Source of the DNA: a virus
Reading direction: 5' to 3' (one strand)
DNA length: 64,000 nt
IMG/VR virus record: IMGVR_UViG_3300021197_001787
Coordinates: 1 to 64,000 of that record
Position numbers and translations under genes: made by a program. Positions 18,801 to 29,700 of this stretch are shown here, piece by piece. The notes below the pieces were generated by a model. It saw only the letters and a list, made by a program, of their open reading frames with translations, did no database searches and was not told the DNA's origin. Each line of letters begins with the position of its first letter. Position 1 is the stretch's first letter.

Positions 18801-19679
18801 ATAAGCTACATCACCAAACATCAGAGAAAGTGCACTATTGGTTTTTAAACTTGATTCGGCTAATTGTTCGGGAGTCAAAAGACTAGAAAACGCTAATAAG
18901 TTAATGTCCGGATTTGTCACCTTTTTTAACTCATATTGTATAAGGTGTGCATATTCTTCTGGGTACCTTTCATACATCAGCTTTTCACCAGATGTTAAAG
19001 GAACAAGGGCCGGAGTCCTAACAACTGTGTTGTGAGACATTACATTTTGAACTTTCAAGATTTTTTGACCGCTTTTTGAATAAAATGTCACAAAGTTATT
19101 GGCGTTCAATGATTCAATAATTGATTGTCTATCAATGTGCAGTAAGTCATAAGAGATCCCTCTATTGGCATCTAATACATTATAGGCGTTGTCAGTTGTA
19201 TTTTCTAATGTACCAGAAGGGTTTTTTAAAAATTCTATTAATATAGAACTATCATACATTAATAAAGATAATTCGTCAACTGGGTTTTCGGCAGCGCTAA
19301 AATCCACACCGGTGGAATCTTTGTACTCTTGCATTTTTTGTAAGTGTTGTTCTCTTGGTGCTGCCATGGCAGTGGGCAAACTAGTATCAGTAGTAGCCAG
19401 TTTATCATATAATAACGCGGCATCTTTCGTAGATTTTGTAACAATAAAATAAAACTGCAGTCTATCTACAATTTCTTTTACAAAATCTTTATCATTATTA
19501 GGCAGCGCTGGATCATGTTCTGGAACGGTAAAAAGCAGAGAATACTGGATCTCCATTTCCAATCCTTCCTCATAGCCATCAACCAATTTATCAGTTAATA
19601 TCACTTTATCAATATATGGTGTAGGAAAAAACTCACCAAAGTTTTTATTTAAGTTACCTTGATATATTAATCTAGACAT
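15900..19679 (-). CDS. Large putative virion/baseplate protein (1259 aa)
   Basis: Long ORF in the structural block; short coiled coil near the C-terminus; no catalytic motif recognised. Confidence 0.6.
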   Translation of the reverse strand: MSRLIYQGNLNKNFGEFFPTPYIDKVILTDKLVDGYEEGLEMEIQYSLLFTVPEHDPALPNNDKDFVKEIVDRLQFYFIVTKSTKDAALLYDKLATTDTSLPTAMAAPREQHLQKMQEYKDSTGVDFSAAENPVDELSLLMYDSSILIEFLKNPSGTLENTTDNAYNVLDANRGISYDLLHIDRQSIIESLNANNFVTFYSKSGQKILKVQNVMSHNTVVRTPALVPLTSGEKLMYERYPEEYAHLIQYELKKVTNPDINLLAFSSLLTPEQLAESSLKTNSALSLMFGDVAYEKVLSEGDVSSQLEYSYFDNNSEIYSETPLQALDGSYHKADATTHSDIVSKFTQLIDKYAALRPPGREDDDGMNPELSASIDTFSYALQEYKEKIDILPQLKSARNTIMNRSSGTITGAFYNDVGQLLKRADEVVNSGTALTRKLTINAKIIDMREFAIGSYTLPTYTPLSGDLLLKNFNLGRTIQWTNEPSYRQSLEDVLGVDGFAGFSTIGLGEMDDLRAIEGRNTAAGNLEYNFEVNEDGQFIIYVDSILGRQTVVLENEEWNGLLSTNYFAKEEYSISFGYFLYDWESHVINNSFLAQFVDVKRFLKHFGYDLVQRYFIPKKAILQKYMPVTVGDDDPIDKVAATHADDSSPILIYTKNMATSDSPAGTNLTYNPDYRLGTVERRSGPEGQEITLASYPEKITDKVGHLFQHYLTERNMDYLGPQAVSDTNNRMMAFEFQNIDQQATLTDHDKGVIDTYEYEVTVVDNTKMSLVNLIGHYYYLAIALRDYIVDAELECSYNNIDGVFNDFFAESMEARYSANPAGAPYVFCPTVYIKHIDFLTNKYNGDQTQMLLAARDLVQKISPRTGTLEQLKAFYNNFVDLYSNYYSQSSVIGNRLATYGFSVDGDYRFATPMPITQKISHKVTEMTFANQSESSRDAFISTINSERSRYQSASDAYAEAVAAAKAQTEEDIKKLFAERSALYEEKIQYEYDRVKYSSGCQYVWWWDAWAGKVDFSAHGQESLQEQDYDVVDEEFSDIDPMGIANFKYGYVWVDPYKEDDVVGWYDVEKYGEPTYFSNYRRDKEKSKGYCRYIKRAYRFRESDFRWDPDEELQAADTEVHTGYGQAHMEYVELDTGRREYGGYAGSPSGAGKLYRERQTELKDRLRYEHAPDEGYEQRLPGFDTIRGYKTYNDWLSDARSGGGGGPRDSAYQGGDQAEVSAYEQFKRGYNTSDTAAQETESEMDAFTEGSTTRESDIGS

Positions 19680-20701
19680 ATTTCAGCCTCCGTAGCACTT
19701 CCATAAATATCAAACATTAAATCATCCTCGTCTTCCATTGTAGAGCAGTCAAAGTCCAAATCAATATAATAAGAATCTTTATTAAATTCTTCAGCCGCCC
19801 TGCATGCTTGTTTTTTAGGTATGTCTTCATCTATCACTAAATCAAAATAATATTTAACAGTTTGTGGGCTTAATTTTTCAGAGGCCTCCGCATATAAAAA
19901 CTCAGTGTCTTCGGCAGGGTTATTTTGTTCTTGCATAAAACCATTTACAATTTGGGGCTTTGTTCTTTCAAAATATTTTCTTTTAAGATGCTCAAATTCT
20001 TCACCGCTGGTAGTGTCGATAAATTCAAATACTTCAATATCAAAGTTTTTTACTAATAATTCAGTGTTCATTTCTTCAAAATAAAATAATGGGTCTTGTC
20101 TTTGAAGAAATATTATTTCGTCATCGACAAATTGATTGGTCGCCAATTCATATTTTCTTGGCTCAAGGCTATTAAAAGACTCTTCGTAATAAATATCAGC
20201 TTTGACCGTTTGTAAAGAATAACTTGCTGTTAAATGAATCTGTGGCACACGTGAATTATTTTGTGCGTCCATAAAACTACTAGAAAGAATCCTGTTTTCT
20301 AGTGAGACTGCTTTCCAAGCTGGAGCGACCTGAGTGCCTCCTTGAAGAAAAGCATCTCCGAGCACCTGATCAAAGCGAAACATATCTTTTCTTGGGCTTT
20401 CTTGAGTAGGCTCAATATCCACAGCAAAGAAATTTATTTCTCCAACGCCTTCTCTATTAATATTTTTTTCTAAATCTTCAAATAAAATTAAACCTTCCAA
20501 ATATTGAGTTTCATCTTTAATTCTCTTACGCGCCTCATTCTGGACTTCTACTCTGCCAAAGTATTGAGAATCATAAACAACATTATCATCAAAGAATGCA
20601 TAATAGGTTGGCTTAAAATTGCCGCGGCCTAACATATGTTTACCATATGAGGTTAACTTCAAATCAATAACTTCTTCTTTTTTATTTAAAAAACGTGACA
20701 T
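19667..20701 (-). CDS. Putative tail/baseplate structural protein (N-terminus paralogous to 9984-11015)
   Basis: MSRFLNKKEEVIDLKLTSYGKHMLGRGNFKPTYYAFFDDNVVYD. Confidence 0.6.
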   Translation of the reverse strand: MSRFLNKKEEVIDLKLTSYGKHMLGRGNFKPTYYAFFDDNVVYDSQYFGRVEVQNEARKRIKDETQYLEGLILFEDLEKNINREGVGEINFFAVDIEPTQESPRKDMFRFDQVLGDAFLQGGTQVAPAWKAVSLENRILSSSFMDAQNNSRVPQIHLTASYSLQTVKADIYYEESFNSLEPRKYELATNQFVDDEIIFLQRQDPLFYFEEMNTELLVKNFDIEVFEFIDTTSGEEFEHLKRKYFERTKPQIVNGFMQEQNNPAEDTEFLYAEASEKLSPQTVKYYFDLVIDEDIPKKQACRAAEEFNKDSYYIDLDFDCSTMEDEDDLMFDIYGSATEAEICLD

Positions 20702-20714
20702 ATTTTTTCTCTAG

Positions 20715-20721
20715 TAATTAG
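20715..20721 (-). promoter_or_regulatory. CTAWTTA motif (candidate late promoter)
   Basis: CTAATTA in a 32-nt gap, 13 nt upstream of the 20701 start. Confidence 0.55.
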
Positions 20722-20733
20722 CATATATAAGTT

Positions 20734-23700
20734 TTATTCAAGCAAATCCAGTACACTCATTCCTTCTGACGAATCAGAAGAAGAGCCATCACCAAGCATA
20801 TCTAGAACTCTTTGGGCATTTCCACTAGGTGCGAATGGACCTCCACCGCCGCGCTGGATGTCGGCTGCTATATCAGCGTCTACTCGGCGTACAGTTGTGT
20901 TAACTAGTTTGGATGCATTTTCTCTAACTAAAGAGCGATTTCTGTTTGATTCATCGTCATACAATACTTCAATATCAATTTTGATTCCTTCAACGATGGA
21001 AACAAAGTCATAAGGCCAGTTATATTGAACTTCGTATGCCTGCACTGGAGGTTGTGGTGGTGCTAGTTCCCCGGGCGCTTGTGTATCGTCTGCCGTGTTT
21101 CCACCGCCGTCAGGGGTACCACTACCACCGCCTCCGCCGTAAAGCGAGGCCGGCGGGCCGTCATCGCCGACGACAACACCGTTGCCCGGATAATTTGTTC
21201 TGGCGCCAACAGAGCCGACAAATTGTAAGCCTGTTATTTTGCCAAGTGATTCGCCGGCTTGCTCAAGAACGTGATTATAATAATCACCAACAGCTTTTTG
21301 TTTAACCTTGAAAGCCATAAACCTTATGTCTTCTTTAATACCTACAAAGTGAGTGCCAGTCAATAATTCACTATTATTTAGCTCATGTGCGATTGATTGC
21401 TCTTCAAAATTAATTGTTTTGAAATCTCTTGGTGCAAGATTTTGCCACATGTAAGACATATCATCTTTATCAAAAGTGTGAGAAAACTCAAATATGTACA
21501 TTACAATTGGTGTAGTTTCGGGGTTTCTTACAAAATCAAATTCGGGAGGTAAAATGTACTTGTCCATTTTAGTAATTAATTTTCTAATTGATTCGCCGGC
21601 TGCATCAAGCGATTGGCCTTCTGGTGAAAAGGCATTTTGCATAATAGCAGCCTGCACACGTTCAGGAGGAATACGAATAAATTGTTTAGCTGCCTCTAGC
21701 GCATTGTCATCTGCCAATTCTGGATGTGACGAAAGTTTAGCGTCGTACTCTGAGGTTGTTATGTAAGGAACAAGAACTACTGCTTCTTTAATAGTACGTT
21801 TTGCGGCAAGTTCACCAAGGCGCGCACGTTTCTTTGTTGTGTTGAAGCCAAAAAGATCTGTGAGTGATTTCATTCTATTTTTGACTTGGTTACCAAAAGA
21901 GTTTGGATCATCGGGGCAGCCGCCGGTGTCGGCGGGCGTGTTCGCAGAGCTGGAAGCGCGCATTTTATTATATACAGACGGTTCATTAACAACTTTATAG
22001 TGATTTGCTAGCCATTGCTTTGGAATATCATCAATTTCAATAAATATTCCTTTACGTTTATCCGGCTCAATAATCCCAAACTGATGCCACATTCCGCGCG
22101 GTACAGAGCCTGAGCCAAATGTGGGCAATGTGAGGCTTCCGGAAGCAGCCGAAACATTTCTAACTGGGGAATTAAAGTTTAGCATTGGGGTTTCATATTT
22201 AGGCTTAATGACCCAACGCTGACCTTTGGTTTCATTTCTCGTTTCACCAAGCATCCCAAGAGCGTCACTAGCTTGGAAAGGTATTCTTTCAATACCAAAC
22301 AGGTTCAGACTAGCTGTGATCTGCATTGCGTGATCGTTAATAACACGGCCGCCAAAAATATAACTACGATCAGTACCACCGCCTTTATAATCATCAATAA
22401 TAGCCGGGACGACGCGCGAGGTCGACAATGAAGTATAAACATTTGGGCCCGGGTCAACACGCCAATAAACAACTTCTGATTTTCTTAAAATCTCATCTGC
22501 TGTATATTTTTTTGTTTCATCTGGATAGAACAATATATCGGCCCAAGCTTCTCCGTGGTAATAAGGTGGAGTAAATGACCAGTTGTGGCCGGTCCAGCAA
22601 TCTAAATTACCTGACATAGTACCACTCATTGCGTCGAGCGTAGAAGGAACTCCACTGGAACCATCACGGTCGGTGGCGATAGGGGGTCCAAATGCTGTTG
22701 TGCGGCTATACATAGTAAAGCTTTCGCGTTGTTGTGAACCACTAGTGTTGTAGGGATCTTGGGGGAGAGGATAGGTCGGTGCACCGAATCTTACATCCAA
22801 GTTTCCGGAATTCCATATCAAGCGACGGCCACCATTTGTTCCCAAAGAACAGGAAATAAGACGGTCATTTGAATAACCTGCTGCGGCGCCGCCTTGGCCG
22901 GCGACTCCCCAGCGATAACCGAATGAGGTAAAGTTAAAACTGTAATCCCTACTTCCAGACATAGAACGACGCATTCTGACGCGCGCGCTATACATCGAGC
23001 CACTTTGTATACTAATTCCGTCTTGGGGGATTTCTCGCGATTTTAGTGATGTGTAGTCGCCGCCTTGAAGATAAAAGTTAGCAGTCTCTCCAAAGAAGTT
23101 TCTAGCCATTAATTCATACTGCGGGTTTCCATTAACCGTAGCCAGCGATGCTGTGTAGGGTAAGGTACCAGACGGGTGAGGGTTATTGTCTGCAATTGTT
23201 TTGCCTAATAAATATTTTTCCGGGGAAAGAACTGTTTCAAAAGGTAAGCGCTCATCCCAAAAAGTTGTCCCAGGTGCCCACGATGAACTATCTAATTGAT
23301 CCTCATCAAACATTTCAGAATCTTGAAAGCCAGCATAAACATGGCAGGCTTCACCATATGTAGAATGGTTTTCACCAGCCGCTAAAAGCGAAAACGACTT
23401 GCGCATATTCGGTTTTCTGATTCCACCATGCAAAATAGGATAGTCAACGGCCATGCCAGACTTGATTGCGTTGTGAACTATTCCAGGGCTGAACATTGCT
23501 TGCATAATTGGGCGCGTCAAACCACCTACAGCAGTGCGGTCCAAATTACTTAAATCAATTGCGACAATTTGTCCGCCAGCAACATATTCATAAGTTGTAG
23601 TAATACTAGGGAAATAAGTTTCTGCAAATTGAGCAGTAAGATCAACCGTACGCTGGGCAGGATAGAAACCCTTATATGGATTAAATTTCTTCACAGCACT

Positions 23701-26700
23701 AACAGTAATACGTATTTCTTTTGGCTGCATAGTTGATTTAGCAAATGTTGTTCTAAAATATTTTAATTTTTCAGAGTTCGTATAATCTCTGTAGAATGAA
23801 GAAGTCTGCGCTGTCACTGCTGTTCCAGGAAATTCAAGATAATCTTTGAATTTACTAAGGGGCTGTGTTAATAATTCCCCAACATGTTCACTCATTCTGA
23901 ATTCTGGGACAATTGCATAATCTTTTGCCATAAGACGGATATCTTCTCTGAAATCTTCGTAATTATCATACCAAGGTTTAGATTTGTAAGACTTAAACTG
24001 AGGATGTTTCCTGCCGTCAAGCGAACTTGAAATTTCAATTATACCAGCTTGCTCATCAGCTTCCCAAAATGCCTCACCGCAACCAACGTCAACCACACCA
24101 TCGTTCCAGGGGCCCGGGGCTGCAGGGCCCGTTGATGCCGCATAAGGTGAGATGGAACCAGTTTCAGGGATCAACATTCCCGATGGGCCTACAACAGACT
24201 TTACGTGCGCTAGCATGTGTTTTCTTGCGTATAGCGCGCCGGGAGCATTTGTATTCGGCGCGGAGAGCCATGTCAAAAAACCGTTTGGCACTGTTCTGCG
24301 GATTGCATCGTAGTAAAATTGAGTATAATTATTTTGAAGTTCGCCGGCTTTTCCTAATGAGCGCAAACCGCCGTAGAAAGTTCCAATCACTGTGGTTGGG
24401 CCGTGGTTGGGCTGATATTGAGACGCGGTGTACTCGTTGATCTGATTGGCAACTGATGCCGTTCTAGTCAAAAAGTCTTCTTGAGCATCCAATGGCCATG
24501 CGCTTTGGCTAACAATTGCCAGACACGAGTTTAACATTGTATTACCAAGTGTTACGCGTTCGGTTATAAGATCTCTCCAGAACAAGTTATCAAAGCCTGT
24601 TCTTCTTCTAGAAGATGACACAAATTCCATACGTTGCGATGGAAAAATATTTTCAGTGTAAATCATGTAGTTCTGGTCTACCCAGCGCGCTGTTGTTCGG
24701 TCGACTGCTGCCAAAATGTAATCGAATGGTGTAAGAACGTTGTATGGATCAATGCCAGAATAGGTGTTCAGACCGTTAGAGTTAAAGAAAATCTTATTAT
24801 TGTTGTCAGTAGCCTTGAGGGTTATTGAACCACCATCTGGATCTGCGCCGGTACCACAATCATCTGTTGCTACGAGTGGGCTAAAGTTAATAATTGCTGG
24901 GCGACCCCTCATTGAAACAGGCGGTAACGTGAAGTTTGTAAGAGCAGTCGTTGTTGCTTGACCGATAAGTGTATGTTCAGGATCCCAATGTGGTGGAGAA
25001 AGTACGAAAACACCTTGATAAACGTCTCTTTCAGCCGTTGTTATAATTGAAAGTTCACTTGATGAACGCTCGTTGCGAAGAACGGGATGGTATCGCGCCC
25101 TAGAAGAGGCATATGTGCTATACCCATAAGGGCCGTTTCTCTTAAGCATCAGAGCGTTAAAGAGATAGCCAGGCGCCTGTGCCTCTGCAAAGTGTTTAAA
25201 GCCAGGCACAGAGGCACTAGGAGTGCCGCGGAACCAATCTACATACCCAACGAAACGTTGATTTCTGTATTGGTATACATTTGCGTCGTTGCCTATATTA
25301 AATAATGGTACCGTTTGAGGCCAACCAAGTGTATTTGAAGAAGCTGATATCGGCTCATAAATTAATGTATTAAGCCCAACAAAATCTTGAGGAACAAAAT
25401 CTGAACCTTGTTTGTTTTCCGATGCCCAGCTAGCTACAGCGCCCAAGGCCGACTTCGGCATCCAAGCCGTACCGTTATTGAACGCACCAAAATCACTGGA
25501 GCTTATCATCGTCATCCAAGGAACATATCCTGTGGAGCCTGAATAATATCCCGCTTGCTCGCCGTGCATCGGCATAAAGCCAGCATAACGGTAATTGCAA
25601 GGATCTGTGTCGGACATAGCACCTGTCATCCAAGCATACTGGCGGTCTCCTCTTGGAATTTGGTGGTAATGATTGAGGTTGTCATAGAAGTTACTGCATG
25701 AGTACACTATCGATGAGGAATATCCTATCACTACTGGTGTGCAGCCAGCCAATGGCGCAGGAAAAAGGCCGGAGGCTGGGCCGGCACCAAGTATGAACGC
25801 ATTGTTTGTTGTGACGGTGTGGAAGGCTACTGGGAAGAAATGATTTTCTGCTGTATGTGAATTCCAGATTGCGTTTGCGCCGGATACAAAGACCTTCGGG
25901 TTGGTTGCTTTAATAACGTCAGTTTGATTACCTTCACCAAGCTTGTACCAACCAAATAAATATGAACCACTATTACTGTATACTGAAGACGCTGTAATAT
26001 TACAAGGTATACCTCCATTGTACAGCGCTTGTACCTCAGAAGAACTTAACGCGACATCCCACAATGTTAATTGATCCATAGCGCCAGAAAAAGCATCTGA
26101 TTGAATGGCTGTTACTGTGGAATCTCCCCCAAACGTCATAATTGAATCGCCAGTACGTGGAACAGAGCCTAAATAAGAATACTCGCTAGTCGTGTTTTTA
26201 TTAGAAAAATAAGTGTATGGGCTTGTGGATTCTGTTACTGATTGTGTTACACCATTAATATATATTGCGGGGAAGGATGGTGCTTGAGTGCTACCACCCG
26301 ACACAGGAAGTACAACTGCGAGGTGAAACCATGAACCGCTATTTATCGTGGCAGCTTGGGCGGAGGCGTTGGCGTGCGTTGTATTGACGGTGTATTTGCC
26401 GCGTCGGCCTGAGCCTGCGGTATAATCCGAATTCGGAGAAGTGCGACTTTCTACGTAAAAATTTAAACTTGCTGAAACTTTTGAAATTTCAATCATTGGG
26501 CTGGCGCCGGAGGCGCCTTTGCCAACACAGAAGAAGTTTGTATAACCAACAGTATTGCCGCGAGCACACCTAAGCCAACCAGAATATGTCATACCCCTAC
26601 TTCGTGCACCAGTAAGGAAGTTTCTTGCAGATGCTGATTCAGCATTGATAAGAGAGTGCCCATAATTTTCTGAATCAGTGAAATATAATGATTTATCATT

Positions 26701-29700
26701 AATCAGTTCAGAATCTGTTAACGTTGGCACAAATCTTTCGGTTGCCTCTTTTGGTCTAGGAAGATTGTTTCTGTGGACTCTATGGAATGATGGTTTCTCA
26801 TCATATGTAGCACCTTGGTTGTTTGGTACCAGAATAGAATCTCGGAAGAACCTTGCTGCATGGCGGGCGGCATGGACATAGAGACCGTAATCGTTTCCAT
26901 GGATATCATATACTCTGATACCATTAGACTCAGCGGCGCCCGAGACAATTGGTGGACTCTGGAATGGACGTCTAACTGTAAGGTTTCTGTTATTCAAAGT
27001 ATTATAAACAGAGAATTCTCCAGCACGGAAGTCTTGATAACCTCTCGTCATGACTTCAATTCCACCGCGGTGGCTGAACTTAGAAATTATTACCGAATTG
27101 TTAGTAGTTGCTTGACCACCCAATGGTGTAGTAGCGTAACCAAGGCCGCCTTGCAGGTAATCAGTAGAATAATCTCCACTAAAATCTGTGTGCAAACCTT
27201 CAGCCGCTGCTGCGGCGCCGGTCAGTAGGAGCGGGCCGGGGGTGCCACGCGTGTACAACCCGTCCCTTGAGCCACGATGAATATCAAGCAACGTTCTTAC
27301 GGAGGTGGGGTTTGAGCCGGTGTTCCCAACATAGTTATTATAAATTTTTCGCGGAAGATTCGGCTGTTTCTCGATGAACTGCCTTGGATTTGAATTACCT
27401 CCGGGTGCTTGTACAACTTGATAATTGTGTTCATAATTACCAAGTATAGTGGAGCCAGTGGTGTGTCGGATATTCCTAATGTTGACAGGACGTTTAGCCG
27501 TAAACCCTCTGTAGTATACCGCTTTTTGAGATGCCGTGTGTGGGTATTGACCCAGTTCTTCCGGTGCGTTGGCCAAAGGATAATCAGGACCCACCATACC
27601 AATAGCGCCAGATATGGGCGGATCATCGGCCTTACCAAGAAGTATCTTCCATGCTTCCGGCCTGGTGTCCCATCGATCAAGGCCGCCTACTCCGCCAGCC
27701 ATCCCACTTATAGCATACATCCATGTACCCGTAGAGGTAATTGCAATATTACCGACTGAGTAATCAGGTGAATTAACATAATTTATTAAGCTAGCAGTAG
27801 CCGATGATTTTATTGCTGCTTTAATTGTAAAGCCCGGATACGAATTGATAGCGGCCACAAGATTTTCCATTGTTGTCTCTGTATCGCCATCAATATCAAC
27901 ATCTTCCGGGTTGCTGGGGGAAGAAGTAAACAGGAACTCTACAGACGTACCGCCGTCACTTATGGTTACAGTTCTATTAGTAATTGAGGTAATAGTGTTC
28001 ATTGATATTTCCCCAGTTGGGAAATTTGAACCAACGGCAACTTTATTGACACCTACGTGTCTTGATTGGTGGCCACCTACAGCATAATTGGTGAATGGAC
28101 CTTGTATGGGGCTTTCCATATCTGGTCCATATACATCATTGTGTAAGTTGGTGAGAATAACACCGGACATAACACGATCAACAACTTTTTTGTTATAGCC
28201 GGCTGGAATGGCGCCACTAATAATATTAAACGGGAACGAGATATCAGATTTTATATTTTGGTAACCTATACCTTCTTCCCAATCTCTACCAAATTGTACT
28301 TTTACATGTCTTCTGACCTTATCACTAGGTTTAGAAAGCGGGTCTTGTGTATTTTTAAGTCTTACAGTTTCGTCTTCTTCCCCGCTAGTGCCGTATACTG
28401 ATGAATATAACACGTTTTCCGGAACGTAAGCAGACCCATCTTGGTTGACAGGTCCATCAGGACGTAATGCGTTATAAGTTAAATCAATTTTCTTGTTTCT
28501 TTCAAAGTTTACACCACCTTTGATTGGCATTACTGGTGATGCTGTACGATATGCTGTGAATTTATAAGGCTTTGCTAATTTTCTAATAACGAAGATAGAA
28601 CCACTGTGAACACCATCAGAAATGGTTGATAGTGTATTAAGTTTTTGATTATTATCATTTTCTGCATTGGTTCTGATGATATCTCTCTGAGTATCAATAA
28701 CTTCATCACCCGTAGATATATCAGAGTTTCGTCTCTCGGCACGGTCGCGCCACCAATCACTATTCATTGATTGTTTTGCTGAGCCACTAAGTGGGCCGCC
28801 AACGCCCTCCACAAACACACTTTGACTTATTGGGGCATGATTGTATTTCCAATTATAAAGCCTCTCGTTGATTCCCATTATTGGTGTAATTGGGTCATCT
28901 AATCTAAACTCGATAGTTGGAAATTGAGACTTATACTTGTTTCTCTCAAGAACGTGACTTTCAACAACATTCATTACATCATCGGTAAACTTACCGGATG
29001 CTGGCATAAGCTGTTCAATAATTCGTGCTAAGGTATCATCAAGCCACTGATAGTACTCAATAAATTTTTCTACATCAGATGTGGTGCTGACTCGGCGGAA
29101 GAACGCTTCTCTTAATTTTTCAATTTTCTTGTATCTTGAGCGATACCTATTAACTGGTTCACCAATGATATTATTGAAATCAATGGCGCCGGCAAAGAAG
29201 TTAAGCATCTCATCAGATATTGACGCATACATACTTTTTTCAAGTGTATGATGAAAATTAGGAACTGTTTCGGTGAATCCAAAAGCGCGGTCATCAGATG
29301 TTAATATGTTAATCATATCTGAAGAGATCGGTTGCTCGGGATCAATGAATTTGAAAGTGTTTAAAACAAATTCTTTTGAAGCATCAGAAGAGTTTGCCTT
29401 AAATCCATGGCCGCGACCGGTATGTAAGTAGCCCGAAAGGCCACCCAGCCACCCTATCGCACTACGAATTTGTGCTGAACCTGACGACATGTCTTTGGTA
29501 AGAAATTGTCCGGATGCATCAGAGCCAGTAACATCACTGAAGTTCCAATCAAGGGCTAATGTGTCGCGATTTAAAAGGTCTAAGTTCTTTGAATTTGGGT
29601 CCAAAGGTGACAAATGTTGGAACGAGCCGGAGATACCAGAGTTATCTAAATCATAAATATGTTGTTTGATAGAATCATCATCAAGATATTTACCCCAGAA

